Origin: Fistulifera solaris
Lineage: Eukaryota
Reading direction: 5' to 3'
DNA length: 64,000 nucleotides
Assembly: GCA_030295235.1 (NCBI GenBank)
Contig: AP026127.1
Coordinates: forward strand, 310,001 to 374,000
Shown here: positions 1-9,277 of the stretch, piece after piece
Numbering within the stretch: the first letter of the stretch is position 1
Layout of the letters: each line of letters starts with the position of its first letter
Translations under genes and position numbers: made by a program
Notes under the pieces: generated by a model
What the model was told of the DNA's origin: nothing
Database searches by the model: none
The model's input: the letters and a program-made list of their open reading frames with translations, nothing else

Positions 1-341
1 TTTTGACCGATGAGAACGCTCGTTTTATGTTGATTCGTCTCTCAGACCACACTTATGCAGGATCTAAGGTGCCTCAAATTACGGAGTAATCACCTAGATA
101 CATACTGTAGTAAGCGCTTGTGCGACACGCGATACGCAGTCAGAATAATGGCGTTTGGTCTGTGCAGGACACTCTAGAATGCAAGCGCGTGGGCATGAAT
201 TGCATCAAGTTAGATGTGAAAAATATAATTTACAAGCTTCGTGACCATTAACGTGTTTCGAATGTATTCTGTCATAATGCCCGACCAGTCCGGCTTTTTT
301 CGACCTGTATCCAGCCATTTTCATTCCTTACATTCGACTCT

Positions 342-889
342 CTAAAATATGTCATCTTCTAATCCCCGCAAATACTCTCCGACATCCGCTTGATGCAGTA
401 CCACATTCCCTGTTGGATCCAACTGTTGCGAGTGTTCCGTACTTTGCGCCGCCACGCCGAATCCGAGGGGCGTATCCGTCGACATGCTGTACACGACGAC
501 ACCCGCATATTGTGGGGTATTTTCCGTCATGCGCGCCAATCCGTTCTTGGTAATGTGACTTCCATATAAGAAACTCATTTCCGCCGATGTTTTGACCCAA
601 ACTTTGTACAGAGCGTGTTGGGCCAAATAATCGAGGGCCGTAATGTGCAATCGAAACTTGCCGCTTTTGGTGAATTTTCCCAAACAAGTACCGGCGTGTA
701 GTAAATTGTCGCGACTGATACAGGTGGATGCTTTCATGAGTGATTCGCTAATATAGTAGACACGGTCTTTGATGAGACGAAAACAATAACGCTCGTCACT
801 GCGATTGATGAGATGCTCGACGTTCTTGCCGATGTATTCGGAGAGTTTCAAAAGACCGATTTCGTTTCTTCTTCAGTCAACGGTCTCAT
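342..889 (-). CDS. NIP7: 60S ribosome subunit biogenesis protein NIP7 (PUA domain); one-base frameshift near 850
   Basis: ATG at 889 gives [14 protein letters not shown] 1-nt shift in TTTTGAAA joins ORF 342..851 (KLSEYIG...CFRL...[20 protein letters not shown]...[10 protein letters not shown]), the typical NIP7 sequence. Confidence 0.93.
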
Positions 890-1257
890 TCTTTATATAT
901 TTGCTGAGATTCACAGCGCTTTGTTGTTATCAATGTGATTATTATATGACTTGACGCTATCGGTGGCGATGGAATGAAAGAACAAAAAAAGCGAGAAAAA
1001 ATCTCTTGGAGGAGAAACTCGTTTCGCCTGTCCGCTTCCGGCACCCTATAATCCTTTTGTGTGCGGTACCCAAAGCTCTATGCTCGAAAACTGACGAGAA
1101 AAATAAATAGAAAACCGATTGCCGTTACGACCTCGATGAGAAGGCTGCTTGGATTGATTTTCGACTTCGACGAACGCAAACAAAATTTATTTTCGTATTG
1201 TTGTTGTTGTTGTACCTGGTATTGCAGGCTTTCTTGACATTCTCTTTTCAAAACTAA

Positions 1258-1314
1258 CAGAAGCCGTCGCGGTTGTGAAGAAAGGGTCAGAAGCCGTCGC
1301 GGTTGTGAAGAAAG
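1258..1314. repeat. Two perfect 27-bp direct repeats, period 30 (CAGAAGCCGTCGCGGTTGTGAAGAAAG)
   Basis: Copies at 1258-1284 and 1288-1314, read directly. Confidence 0.92.
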
Positions 1315-1436
1315 CATATTGACGGATAAATAAAATCCGTTACTGTCAAGGAACGACGAAGTCCTAATAAAGGGTTCTTTTCAATATCCCATCGTTCGAT
1401 TAATAATAAGTCCTGAGCTTCCAATCATTTCCCAGC

Positions 1437-2042
1437 ATGTCATCAACACCCGGATCTCGTGTGCGTCGAGGTGGTGTTACTCGTACATCAACCGGGTCAC
1501 CATTGAGAGGAAAACTATTCAGCAATGCCAGTCAAACAGAAGACTCTTCCTCGAAAACGATATCACGATTGTATCAAGGACTTTTGCAATTTCGGAAATT
1601 TCGAAACAAGGAGAAGCACGATTCGTTACCGCATCATCACACGAAAGACAATGTGCATATACAAATTCCTTTGCGCATGATGATATCGACCTTGTCGATT
1701 TTCTTGTTAATTCCTTTGCTATTGTTTGGTTGGCGGCAACTATTTCATCCTCCGACGGTCGCTAGTATGGAAATCCGCAATAGTAGCAAAGTACTTCACA
1801 ACAATCATAACAAGTTTCCCACGTGGATGGATGAGATTCAGTTACCGCCGGAAATCAGTGACGAAGCGAAGAATGAGACGACAGCTGTCGACTCCCTTCG
1901 CGCGGATCCACTAGCGAACGATCCTGTTTCGAAAAATGACAGTCAACATGTGTCGGGTTCACAAAAAGAAGAAGCGGGGGAAGAATTAGAGGAAAGAATA
2001 GAACAAGTCGAAGACGAAGAAGTGGAGGATACATCCAATTGA
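1437..2042 (+). CDS. Hypothetical single-pass (type II-like) membrane protein, 201 aa, acidic C-terminus
   Basis: Intact ATG ORF; hydrophobic ISTLSIFLLIPLLLFGW segment; E/D-rich tail. Confidence 0.65.
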   Translation: MSSTPGSRVRRGGVTRTSTGSPLRGKLFSNASQTEDSSSKTISRLYQGLLQFRKFRNKEKHDSLPHHHTKDNVHIQIPLRMMISTLSIFLLIPLLLFGWRQLFHPPTVASMEIRNSSKVLHNNHNKFPTWMDEIQLPPEISDEAKNETTAVDSLRADPLANDPVSKNDSQHVSGSQKEEAGEELEERIEQVEDEEVEDTSN

Positions 2043-2135
2043 AAGCTTTGAAAAAGCATCATAATCACAATGTACAATATAGACAACACCTACCGACGAT
2101 GTATCTTTTCCATTACTTGAATATTGCTCCTTAAC

Positions 2136-4643
2136 CTATTTCTTAAAAGACCGCGCCAACTGAATGGCTTCATCCATACTAGAAATGAGTGGCGCCGTCT
2201 TGATGAACGTTTTGGCCAAAGCCAGTCCATGTTTTTCGCATTGGGCCCGGACATCGGCATCTTCGATACTCTCCAAATCTTCAACATGAGCGATCCCGAC
2301 AATACGACGTAACATCTTCATACCGGCAAAGCCCAATGTATCCGCCAGTAAATCTTTCATGAAACTTTGTTGTGCGCGTGCCACGGCTTCCGGTGAATGC
2401 AATGTGTTTCGACCGTAGACGAAACCGGTATGCGCCGTCGGATCATTCCACAATTCCAAAATTGACGTTCAAACGCCGCATAGAAGGTAGCAATCTGCTC
2501 CAAGATCCATTCGGCGTAGTCGGTACCTCGATGGGGATGACCCGGTTGTGCAACATACGCCAAGAACAAATTGGCCACAAAGGCACCCGTATCGAATCCC
2601 ATGGGACCGTAAAAGGCGAATTCGGGGTCGATAACGTACGTCGCTTGCGGAGACGGTGCGCACATGACGGAACCGGAATGCAAATCCGCATGAATCAAGG
2701 CTTGGGTCGAACCGACAAATTTGTGCTTGTAATGCGCCGCGGCGTGTTTCAACTCAATGTCATCCTCAATCGCCTTTTTCTCATCATCGAGTTGCGGGCT
2801 GGTCCAACGATTGTTGGTGGCTTCCATGTACGGGTCGGTAAACACCACCTGTTCGGTCAAGGCACACATTTCGGAATTGGCACTCCACATTTCTACTTTG
2901 GCACGCAATTCGGTCGTACTGAGAGCAAATCCACTCGTCAAAAACAACGTTTTCCCACAAAAGGTACCCATATCCACCGCCATAGTAGGATAACGGATCC
3001 CTTGAATCAATCCTTTGCGCAGTATAATATGAGGAGGTTTTAAATATTCCATCACAATCAATCCATTCGGCTTGGAAAAGTGGTACAAACTGGGAACAAA
3101 TTCGGGGCAAGCGGCTTTTTGTGCCGCCAGTGCTTGATATTCATAATACGCTCGATCCAACGTCAATGGCCACGATTCTCCCACACAACGAACGTACGGG
3201 AGTGATTGCTTGACAATCACCTGATTTTCCGGTTTGTATTTGTTGGTGACAATAAACACCAAATTCAAATTCCCATCTCCAACTTCGACACAGTCCAAGT
3301 CCTCCGGTTCCACGGCTTCCAAAATTTCCATGGCGGCCGGAGCATGTTGTGTCAAATAGAGAGGCAACGTGTGTACCGTTTGTTCCGTGTAGTCCTGTGT
3401 GTTAGAGGGTGCTGCCGCAGCAACGGTTCCGTACGATTCGACAAATCGTCGAACATCAAACGTCCCGTTTGCCTGCGGATGCAAGACACCTTTTCCGTGA
3501 CAATCCCGGTAATATACGGTGCCGGCGTAATATCAAAGGCGGGATTCCATACATTCATATCGGCCGGTGCTTGACTCGTTTGCACAAATTCGTGGGCCGG
3601 TCGTTCTTCAATGACACACTCTTGTCCGGTCGAGGTGGTGACATCGAGTGTCGTAAACGGTGCGGCCACATAGAATGGAATCTGGTGGGCGCGGGCCACC
3701 AACGCCAATTGGTACGTCCCAATTTTGTTCGCGGTATCCCCATTCGCACACACGCGATCGGCTCCCACCACAATGCCGTGGACGGTATGGCGTTGACAAT
3801 AAAAGGCCGCCATACTGTCCGCAATCAAGGTCGCTCCCGGCATTTGTTCCGCTTGCAATTCAAAGGCGGTCAAACGCGATCCTTGATTGTACGGTCGTGT
3901 TTCCAATGCAATGATTTTGGCAAGACGGTGTTGATCACGGACGGCCCGGACAATCCCCAACGCGGTCCCGTACAAGGCCGTGGCGAGCGAACCGGTATTG
4001 CAAATGGTCATGAGGGTGAGTTGTTCTTCGGAAGAGTATTTCGATAACAACTCGTGGGCACCATACTTTGACAAGGTTTGATTGTCTTGCACATCCCGTT
4101 CCAGCATGAATTCGGCATGTTGTGTCACCGCCTGCAGCAAGCGTTGTCGTGCCGTCGTGTTGGTATCGTCTTCCAAAACCATACGATGACAGACATCCCG
4201 CACTTCTTGCACGGCATTGAACAAATTGACCGCCGTCGGTCGCGATGTCAGGAGATAATCCAATTTCGTTTCCAACAACGCCAAGAGTGCTGTCGCATCA
4301 TTTTCGTTTAGTGAATCGAGTTCACCAGTGGTCTGCAAATCGACCGCCAATCCCAACACGGCGACAATCGCAATCAACGGGGCTCCTGTCAACGAAAAGG
4401 AACGATGAGAAACGACTTTTCACAGCGCAACAAAACGTTTCACGCCACAAGAGAAACGCTCGCATTCTCGTACGCACCACGAATTTGCATATCTCGAATG
4501 GCGGTCCACGCCGCTTGCACATCGTTAATGGGGATATACACGCGTTGCCCGGGCAACAACAATTGATCCAAGACGTGCAATGTTGGGGGTGTGCCCGGTT
4601 CGTAGACCAAGGAGCGCAACAGTTCGGTAGACTCGTCTGTCAT
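2136..4643 (-). CDS. mtnA-mtnK: Fused methylthioribose-1-phosphate isomerase (MtnA/MRI1) and methylthioribose kinase (MtnK); intron 4386-4477; one-base frameshifts near 3492 and 2460
   Basis: Exon 1 MTDEST...VLDQLLLP...DMQIRG splices (GTGCGT...GACAG) to GAPLIAI. MtnA motifs: TICNTGSLAT, ETRPYNQGSRLT, GADRVCANGDTANKIGTY, NPAFDITP. MtnK motifs: EVGDGNLNLVF, KQSLPYVRCVGESWPL, LIHADLHSGS, IDPEFAFYGPMGFD, RRIVGIAHVED. Confidence 0.9.
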
Positions 4644-4802
4644 TGCAGTGATGGATGAATTAGAATGATAGAATATAGTTGTATAATTAAAATACTCGTC
4701 TTCTGGTGGGTCAAGGAAAGAACATGGAAGCCGAATGCGTTTTGAAAAAAAAAGCATCGGAGGACCGTTGGTTCGGTCCCGGATACTCGGGAACGAACAT
4801 CA

Positions 4803-4810
4803 TGACGTCA
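4803..4810. promoter_or_regulatory. TGACGTCA palindrome (CRE/bZIP-type) ~160 bp upstream of the mtnA-mtnK start
   Basis: Exact palindrome in the upstream spacer; function inferred. Confidence 0.4.
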
Positions 4811-4991
4811 TCCACGAGCCCGTTTCGCGTTTCTATTATTATTTAGCGTTGATTGAGTTGGCCATGATGATTACCGTTCCTAATCAAATGCATGGCAACA
4901 TCGAAACGAAAGACAAAAAAATATATAATTCAAACTAGGTTGCCGTGAGAACAAAGGTGAATGAAAGCTGTCTCGCTCGGAACAGTTCGAA

Positions 4992-5170
4992 TTCATGACT
5001 GAACATGAAACGCAGTCGTTCCTGCCGACACTATAGTAAAAGCGGAAGACGTGATTAGGGATTACGACGCAATGAAACCATACATCCTGCGGTACAATTG
5101 CTGCCAATGGTAATGTAATTGCAACGAAAGACAGATATAGATTAACAAGCTAGCAGAAAGAACAAAAGTT
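4992..5170. repeat. Degenerate non-coding repeat, homologous to 6657-6923
   Basis: Shared blocks in the same order: TTCATGACTG, GCA(G/C)TCGT, CTATAGTAAA, AGGGATT, ACCATACAT, TAGAT(T/C)AAC(A/G)AGCT. Confidence 0.7.
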
Positions 5171-5463
5171 ACTACCAAACGACGCAAATCTTTGAGTACG
5201 GGGCGTGCGCAGGCGGAGTTGTGGATTGTTTATGCAAAAGTTGCGATAGAGAAATCTCTGTTTCCTCTTTGTGCTCCCTTACCATGCCTTCAGAGACTGA
5301 CTCATGGGCGGTACCTATAGTTGACCAAGGGAACCTACGTTTATTTGTCATAGCCTTTGCCTTTTCTTTGTATATATGACCAGCTCATCCTGTTCAATGG
5401 CAATCTTTTCTATTCCGTGTTTATCATATCCACCTCAACAGAAAATAAAACAATCCCATCCTC

Positions 5464-6246
5464 TCAGCATTTGCGGCGCTTGCGTCGGGGGTCATTTTCC
5501 CGGTCTTTTTGACATTGATCCATCATGTCCCTCAATCTTTGCTCTAGTCCACTGAATGCATGATACGAATCGTCACAAATGTCACAAATCTCGGTCCATA
5601 AACTGTGAAACTGAAGAGTCGGTGGATGTTTTGCGCCACCGTTCGTACCCCGCGGTCCACTCGGCCACCGTCTTACCGCGTTCTTCTCGCAGAACATCAT
5701 CGACCAACATGGTTTCATCCAACCTGGAATGACCGGAATGCTGCAAATTCCCGGTTCCCGTCGATATGGTCCATTGACCATCCGAATACTTGAGGGGGAT
5801 TCGAAAGGGACAGAGATGCTCATTGTCGAGAGGACGTGCCGTCTTGGTAGTGGAATTTTGACTCTTTTGCCCCGTTTACAGTTGATGACCAGTAATTTGG
5901 TTGTTTTGGGATCATAGCCACGCCGCATAATTTTATACCCGTCTTGGGCACCGACTTGACTGAAATGAGTCTTAATGGCCATTTGGGTTTCTTTCGAATC
6001 ATCGGAAAAATCGGGAAAGACCCGAGGATTTTTGTGTCCGGAAGCTCGAATCAGTGGATCTTTCAAAAGCTTGGCGTATTTGGAGTCTTTGCCAATGTAT
6101 TCCACCAAATCAATCTCACAGCGCGTTGATTCACCGTCGGCATGAGTGAGCTGGGCCGGTACCATCAGAGAGGTCGGCAACCAAGTACAGTTTTGCTCCG
6201 TCATTAACAAGTTGTCCTCCAGCTCCGCAAAGGAAGTCGTTTCCAT
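5464..6246 (-). CDS. FAR1/WRKY-GCM1-like zinc-finger protein, tandem paralogue 1 (frameshifted)
   Basis: Adding one A near 5857 gives ...AQDGYKI...INCKRGKRVKNSTTKTARPLDNEHLCPFRIPLKYSDGQWTISTGTGNLQHSGH (C..C..HxxH). The C-terminus is LWTEICDICDDS. It aligns with 7166-7920. Confidence 0.6.
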   Translation of the reverse strand: METTSFAELEDNLLMTEQNCTWLPTSLMVPAQLTHADGESTRCEIDLVEYIGKDSKYAKLLKDPLIRASGHKNPRVFPDFSDDSKETQMAIKTHFSQVGAQDGYKIMRRGYDPKTTKLLVINCKRGKRVKIPLPRRHVLSTMSISVPFESPSSIRMVNGPYRREPGICSIPVIPGWMKPCWSMMFCEKNAVRRWPSGPRGTNGGAKHPPTLQFHSLWTEICDICDDSYHAFSGLEQRLRDMMDQCQKDRENDPRRKRRKC

Positions 6247-6468
6247 GGTTAAATCGGTGTTATTATACAAAGAACTCAATATCCAGCACTACAGCAAAAT
6301 CCAAGAACGCAGCAATCACTTTGTTTGTCACAAGTAAGTCTCTATCGTCTTTAGAGTAAGTCGTCGTCTTTCAAAGCAGAAGCGCCAGGCATTACCGCTT
6401 ATAGCCCTGCTGTGCAATTGTAAAACGTGTTTGGCAAGCGGTGCCGGTGGGACGAAAAAATAATCAGG

Positions 6469-6476
6469 TGACGTCA
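6469..6476. promoter_or_regulatory. TGACGTCA palindrome upstream of zinc-finger paralogue 1
   Basis: Exact palindrome ~220 bp upstream of ATG 6246. Confidence 0.35.
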
Positions 6477-6656
6477 TGAAGTGAGCCTCCCCCCGCCCCC
6501 CAACAGCAAGCCGTTTGCCAGCACGCAGTCTTTGGTCTCCATATACCACTACATACTTCTTCTTCACCGTGTCATCCATTGTAATGCCTGTTGTTGGGAA
6601 AATTAGATTTTGATGAGGCTAGTCTACAAAGTACGGAATATCGAATAGGGAACAAT

Positions 6657-6923
6657 TTCATGACTGGAATGCACTCGTGATGAAGTTCCGCCTACAAGAT
6701 GAGCTATAGTAAAGACGGAAAACAACGACGAAGAGGGATTTCAACGTCATGTACCATACATGCGTTGCAATGCAGCAATGCGTAATGAAACTAAAAGAAA
6801 AATGTAGATCAACGAGCTTACAGAATAAATTGAAGTTTCACAGGACTTTGTTTCGCAGCATTCATGACTGGAAAGAAATGCAGTCGTGATGAAAGGTCGC
6901 CTACACATCTGGTTTATAGTAAA
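6657..6923. repeat. Degenerate tandem non-coding repeat (period ~204 bp), homologous to 4992-5170
   Basis: TTCATGACTGGAA...GCA(C/G)TCGTGATGAA...CGCCTACA...TATAGTAAA at 6657-6713 and 6861-6923. Confidence 0.75.
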
Positions 6924-7165
6924 TAAAAAATCAGTGCATTGCAGCTTTTGAATGTGAACAGCACCTCGACGGAGACTCTGCTAGAGTCCAAATCGAATCA
7001 TGTCGACCCAAATTCGTAAGCGTGGATGATATCAACTCACCGACCTTCTAGGAGTCTATTTGAGGGGTCGACTCTGCCATGGCGGACTTAGAGACTTCAC
7101 TATAGCTAGAAGCCGTATCGGTAAACCCACTTGTCTCTGGGTGGAACCAAACATGTCAGATAGTT

Positions 7166-7920
7166 TCACCGCCGTCGTTGTTTTCGAAGACTGTGGCATT
7201 CCGCAATAATTTGTTGCAGGCGTTCTTCCATGTGTCGCGTCACGGCATCGTTCGAGTTGTCACAAATTTCACACAATTCGTTCCATAAATGTCCGTGTGT
7301 GAAATGGGTCCGGGAGGGTTCGCCCTCCTCGCCGCACAAAAGAAAGGCATCCTCGGCGGAAAGAGACTCGTCATTACTTTTCTTTCTCTTTTGGAACCGT
7401 TCTTTATCGCCTCACGCTCATGAAAGCAATGACTCGCCCGTCCGGAACCGGCCGAAAAATGCCACTCATGGTGGCTGAAGGCGAACGGTAAACGAAGTTG
7501 ACACCGGTATTGCTTTTCCGTCGGACGTTTCTTCCGCGATGACGGAAGTTTTCCTTTCGACAGAAACCTGCGTTTGCATTTGTAAACGAGTTGTTGGTGA
7601 TGATATTGGTGATACACGAGACCGAAACCGTCTTGGGCGCACATCTGCACCAAGTGTTGGGTAATGATGGCAATCGACGCCTTCGAATCGTCTTTGAGAT
7701 CGGGAAAAACGTGGGGCTTCCAATGTTCCGCCATGAAAGGATTCAAGGTATTCCCTTTGTGCTGACCGTATTTCGAGGTGGGGCCCATGTAATCGATTAA
7801 GTTGATGTCGGTCCGAACGGATTCGCCCGTCAAGTGATTCGTCAAGATTGCCGGAACGAGTATTTTTGCGGAGACCCAATGTTGTTCGGTCATGGTTTCG
7901 GGGTTCTCGGTGCTGTTCAT
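7166..7920 (-). CDS. FAR1/WRKY-GCM1-like zinc-finger protein, tandem paralogue 2 (frameshift in the 3' part)
   Basis: ORF 7240..7920: AQDGFGL...YKCKRR...YRCQLRLPF...WHFSAGSGRASHCFH. A shifted frame gives HLWNELCEICDNSND...RKQRRR* ending at 7166, matching paralogue 1. Confidence 0.6.
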
Positions 7921-8289
7921 ATTTTGTTATTTTTCCATGAAAAAGTGGACGGGTAAGGGTATCATAAACAATAGAAGAGGCTACTAGACTTCTTTACAAA
8001 GGCGACGCAGGATGCGAGATATTTTTTATAAAAAAAAATAAAAAAAAAACATGTTTTTTCTTTTCCTGCTTTTGTCGTGCGATGCAAGGTGCGATGTGCG
8101 ATGATGCGGCGCGGCGGAGGTTCGCAATTATTAAGCATGAAACGTGATCAGCGAGCGGGCATCGCTCTGAGTCAGTGGGTGAAACGATCGGAACGAAAAA
8201 CATCCTCACCATTATTTTCTCGTTTTTCGAAAAGCCAATGGAAGACGAAACAAACCTCTTTTATCATTCAAAAAGAGTAAAAGTATAAA

Positions 8290-9225
8290 ATGCACCTACC
8301 TATGATTCAAAGCTATCAGCTATTATTATGCTGCTTCTTGTTTCGACAACAACTGGACGCCTTTCTGTTCTCAAAAACATATACAAGGCATCGGTCGTTG
8401 TCACTCTCGGCCACGGAAAACAACGTGCCCGATGCACAACGACGGCAAACGTGTCTACGAATCATTGCCAGTAGCATCTTCGGGACGACACCATTCATCG
8501 CACACGCAAGTACTGCTACTAAAGAATCGCTAAAAGCGCGCGTTGAAAACAATTTACTGACACCACCGTCGTACGGTTTAGAGGGCGCCGATGTGTATTA
8601 TCCAACTTGGTTTGAAGGCAAATGGGCCGTACAGTCATCTCTCACTTCTGTCGAAGCCCCGTGTGGAATCGCTTTATTCGGTGGAAACCGCACGTGGGAG
8701 ACAGCCCAACGCGAACAATTGCAGGATCCGCCTCTCCAATACGAGGCGCGGTTTGTTCCTATCCAGCAAAATCAAATCATTGCCGATCGAGAATTCAATG
8801 TCCGGTCGATCGCACAAGCCGTCATGGGACCCCAAAGTGTCCTCGACATTCCGTTCGTGACGCCAAATAAACTCACTTGCGTCTTGGCACCGACGGGAGC
8901 ATCCTCACCCTTTCAGGTCGATTTGATGACCTTGCAACGTCAACAAGAAAGGCCCACCGAACACCAATTTGATTGCAGTGAAGTCTCACGTGAAATCATT
9001 ACGGCCAAGGGTTCTTCTACCACCACCACCACCGTGTTGAAAGAAGTAGAAACCATTTCGTTGTATTCGTATCAACCAACCACACAATCAATTACCTGTC
9101 AACAACGGTCGGCCAAATTCATCTTGCCGTCTCAACAAGATCCGACCGCCTTGCGACTGTGGCAAATGACGGGAGGGAAACCGGTAGACGTGCGGTATTA
9201 TACAGTTACGTATCAACGAATCTAA
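8290..9225 (+). CDS. DUF6816-like protein, probably plastid/thylakoid-targeted
   Basis: Signal peptide ending LDA|F; RR...AHA second signal; YPTWFEGKW, APCG, IADREFN motifs resemble the cyanobacterial/algal DUF6816 family. Confidence 0.65.
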   Translation: MHLPMIQSYQLLLCCFLFRQQLDAFLFSKTYTRHRSLSLSATENNVPDAQRRQTCLRIIASSIFGTTPFIAHASTATKESLKARVENNLLTPPSYGLEGADVYYPTWFEGKWAVQSSLTSVEAPCGIALFGGNRTWETAQREQLQDPPLQYEARFVPIQQNQIIADREFNVRSIAQAVMGPQSVLDIPFVTPNKLTCVLAPTGASSPFQVDLMTLQRQQERPTEHQFDCSEVSREIITAKGSSTTTTTVLKEVETISLYSYQPTTQSITCQQRSAKFILPSQQDPTALRLWQMTGGKPVDVRYYTVTYQRI

Positions 9226-9277
9226 TGTCCTATCCATTTCTAAACTACGAAAACTAATTGGTTCGAATGTATCTACC

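Noticed and set aside
2372..4047. Long antisense ORFs over mtnA-mtnK (and similar shadow ORFs elsewhere)
   Set aside because: They lie opposite well-supported genes, show no motifs, and are expected from codon bias.
6657..6923. Box C/D snoRNA cluster or CRISPR-like array (GTGATGA in the repeats)
   Set aside because: No suitably placed CTGA D box or terminal stem; the repeats are few and degenerate, the context is eukaryotic and there are no cas genes.
4890..7920. Autonomous Mutator/MULE transposon
   Set aside because: No DDE transposase domain, terminal inverted repeats or target-site duplication could be identified.
8029..8049. Poly(A) tract as a retroposon tail
   Set aside because: No adjacent retro-element body or target-site duplication; it sits in a divergent promoter.
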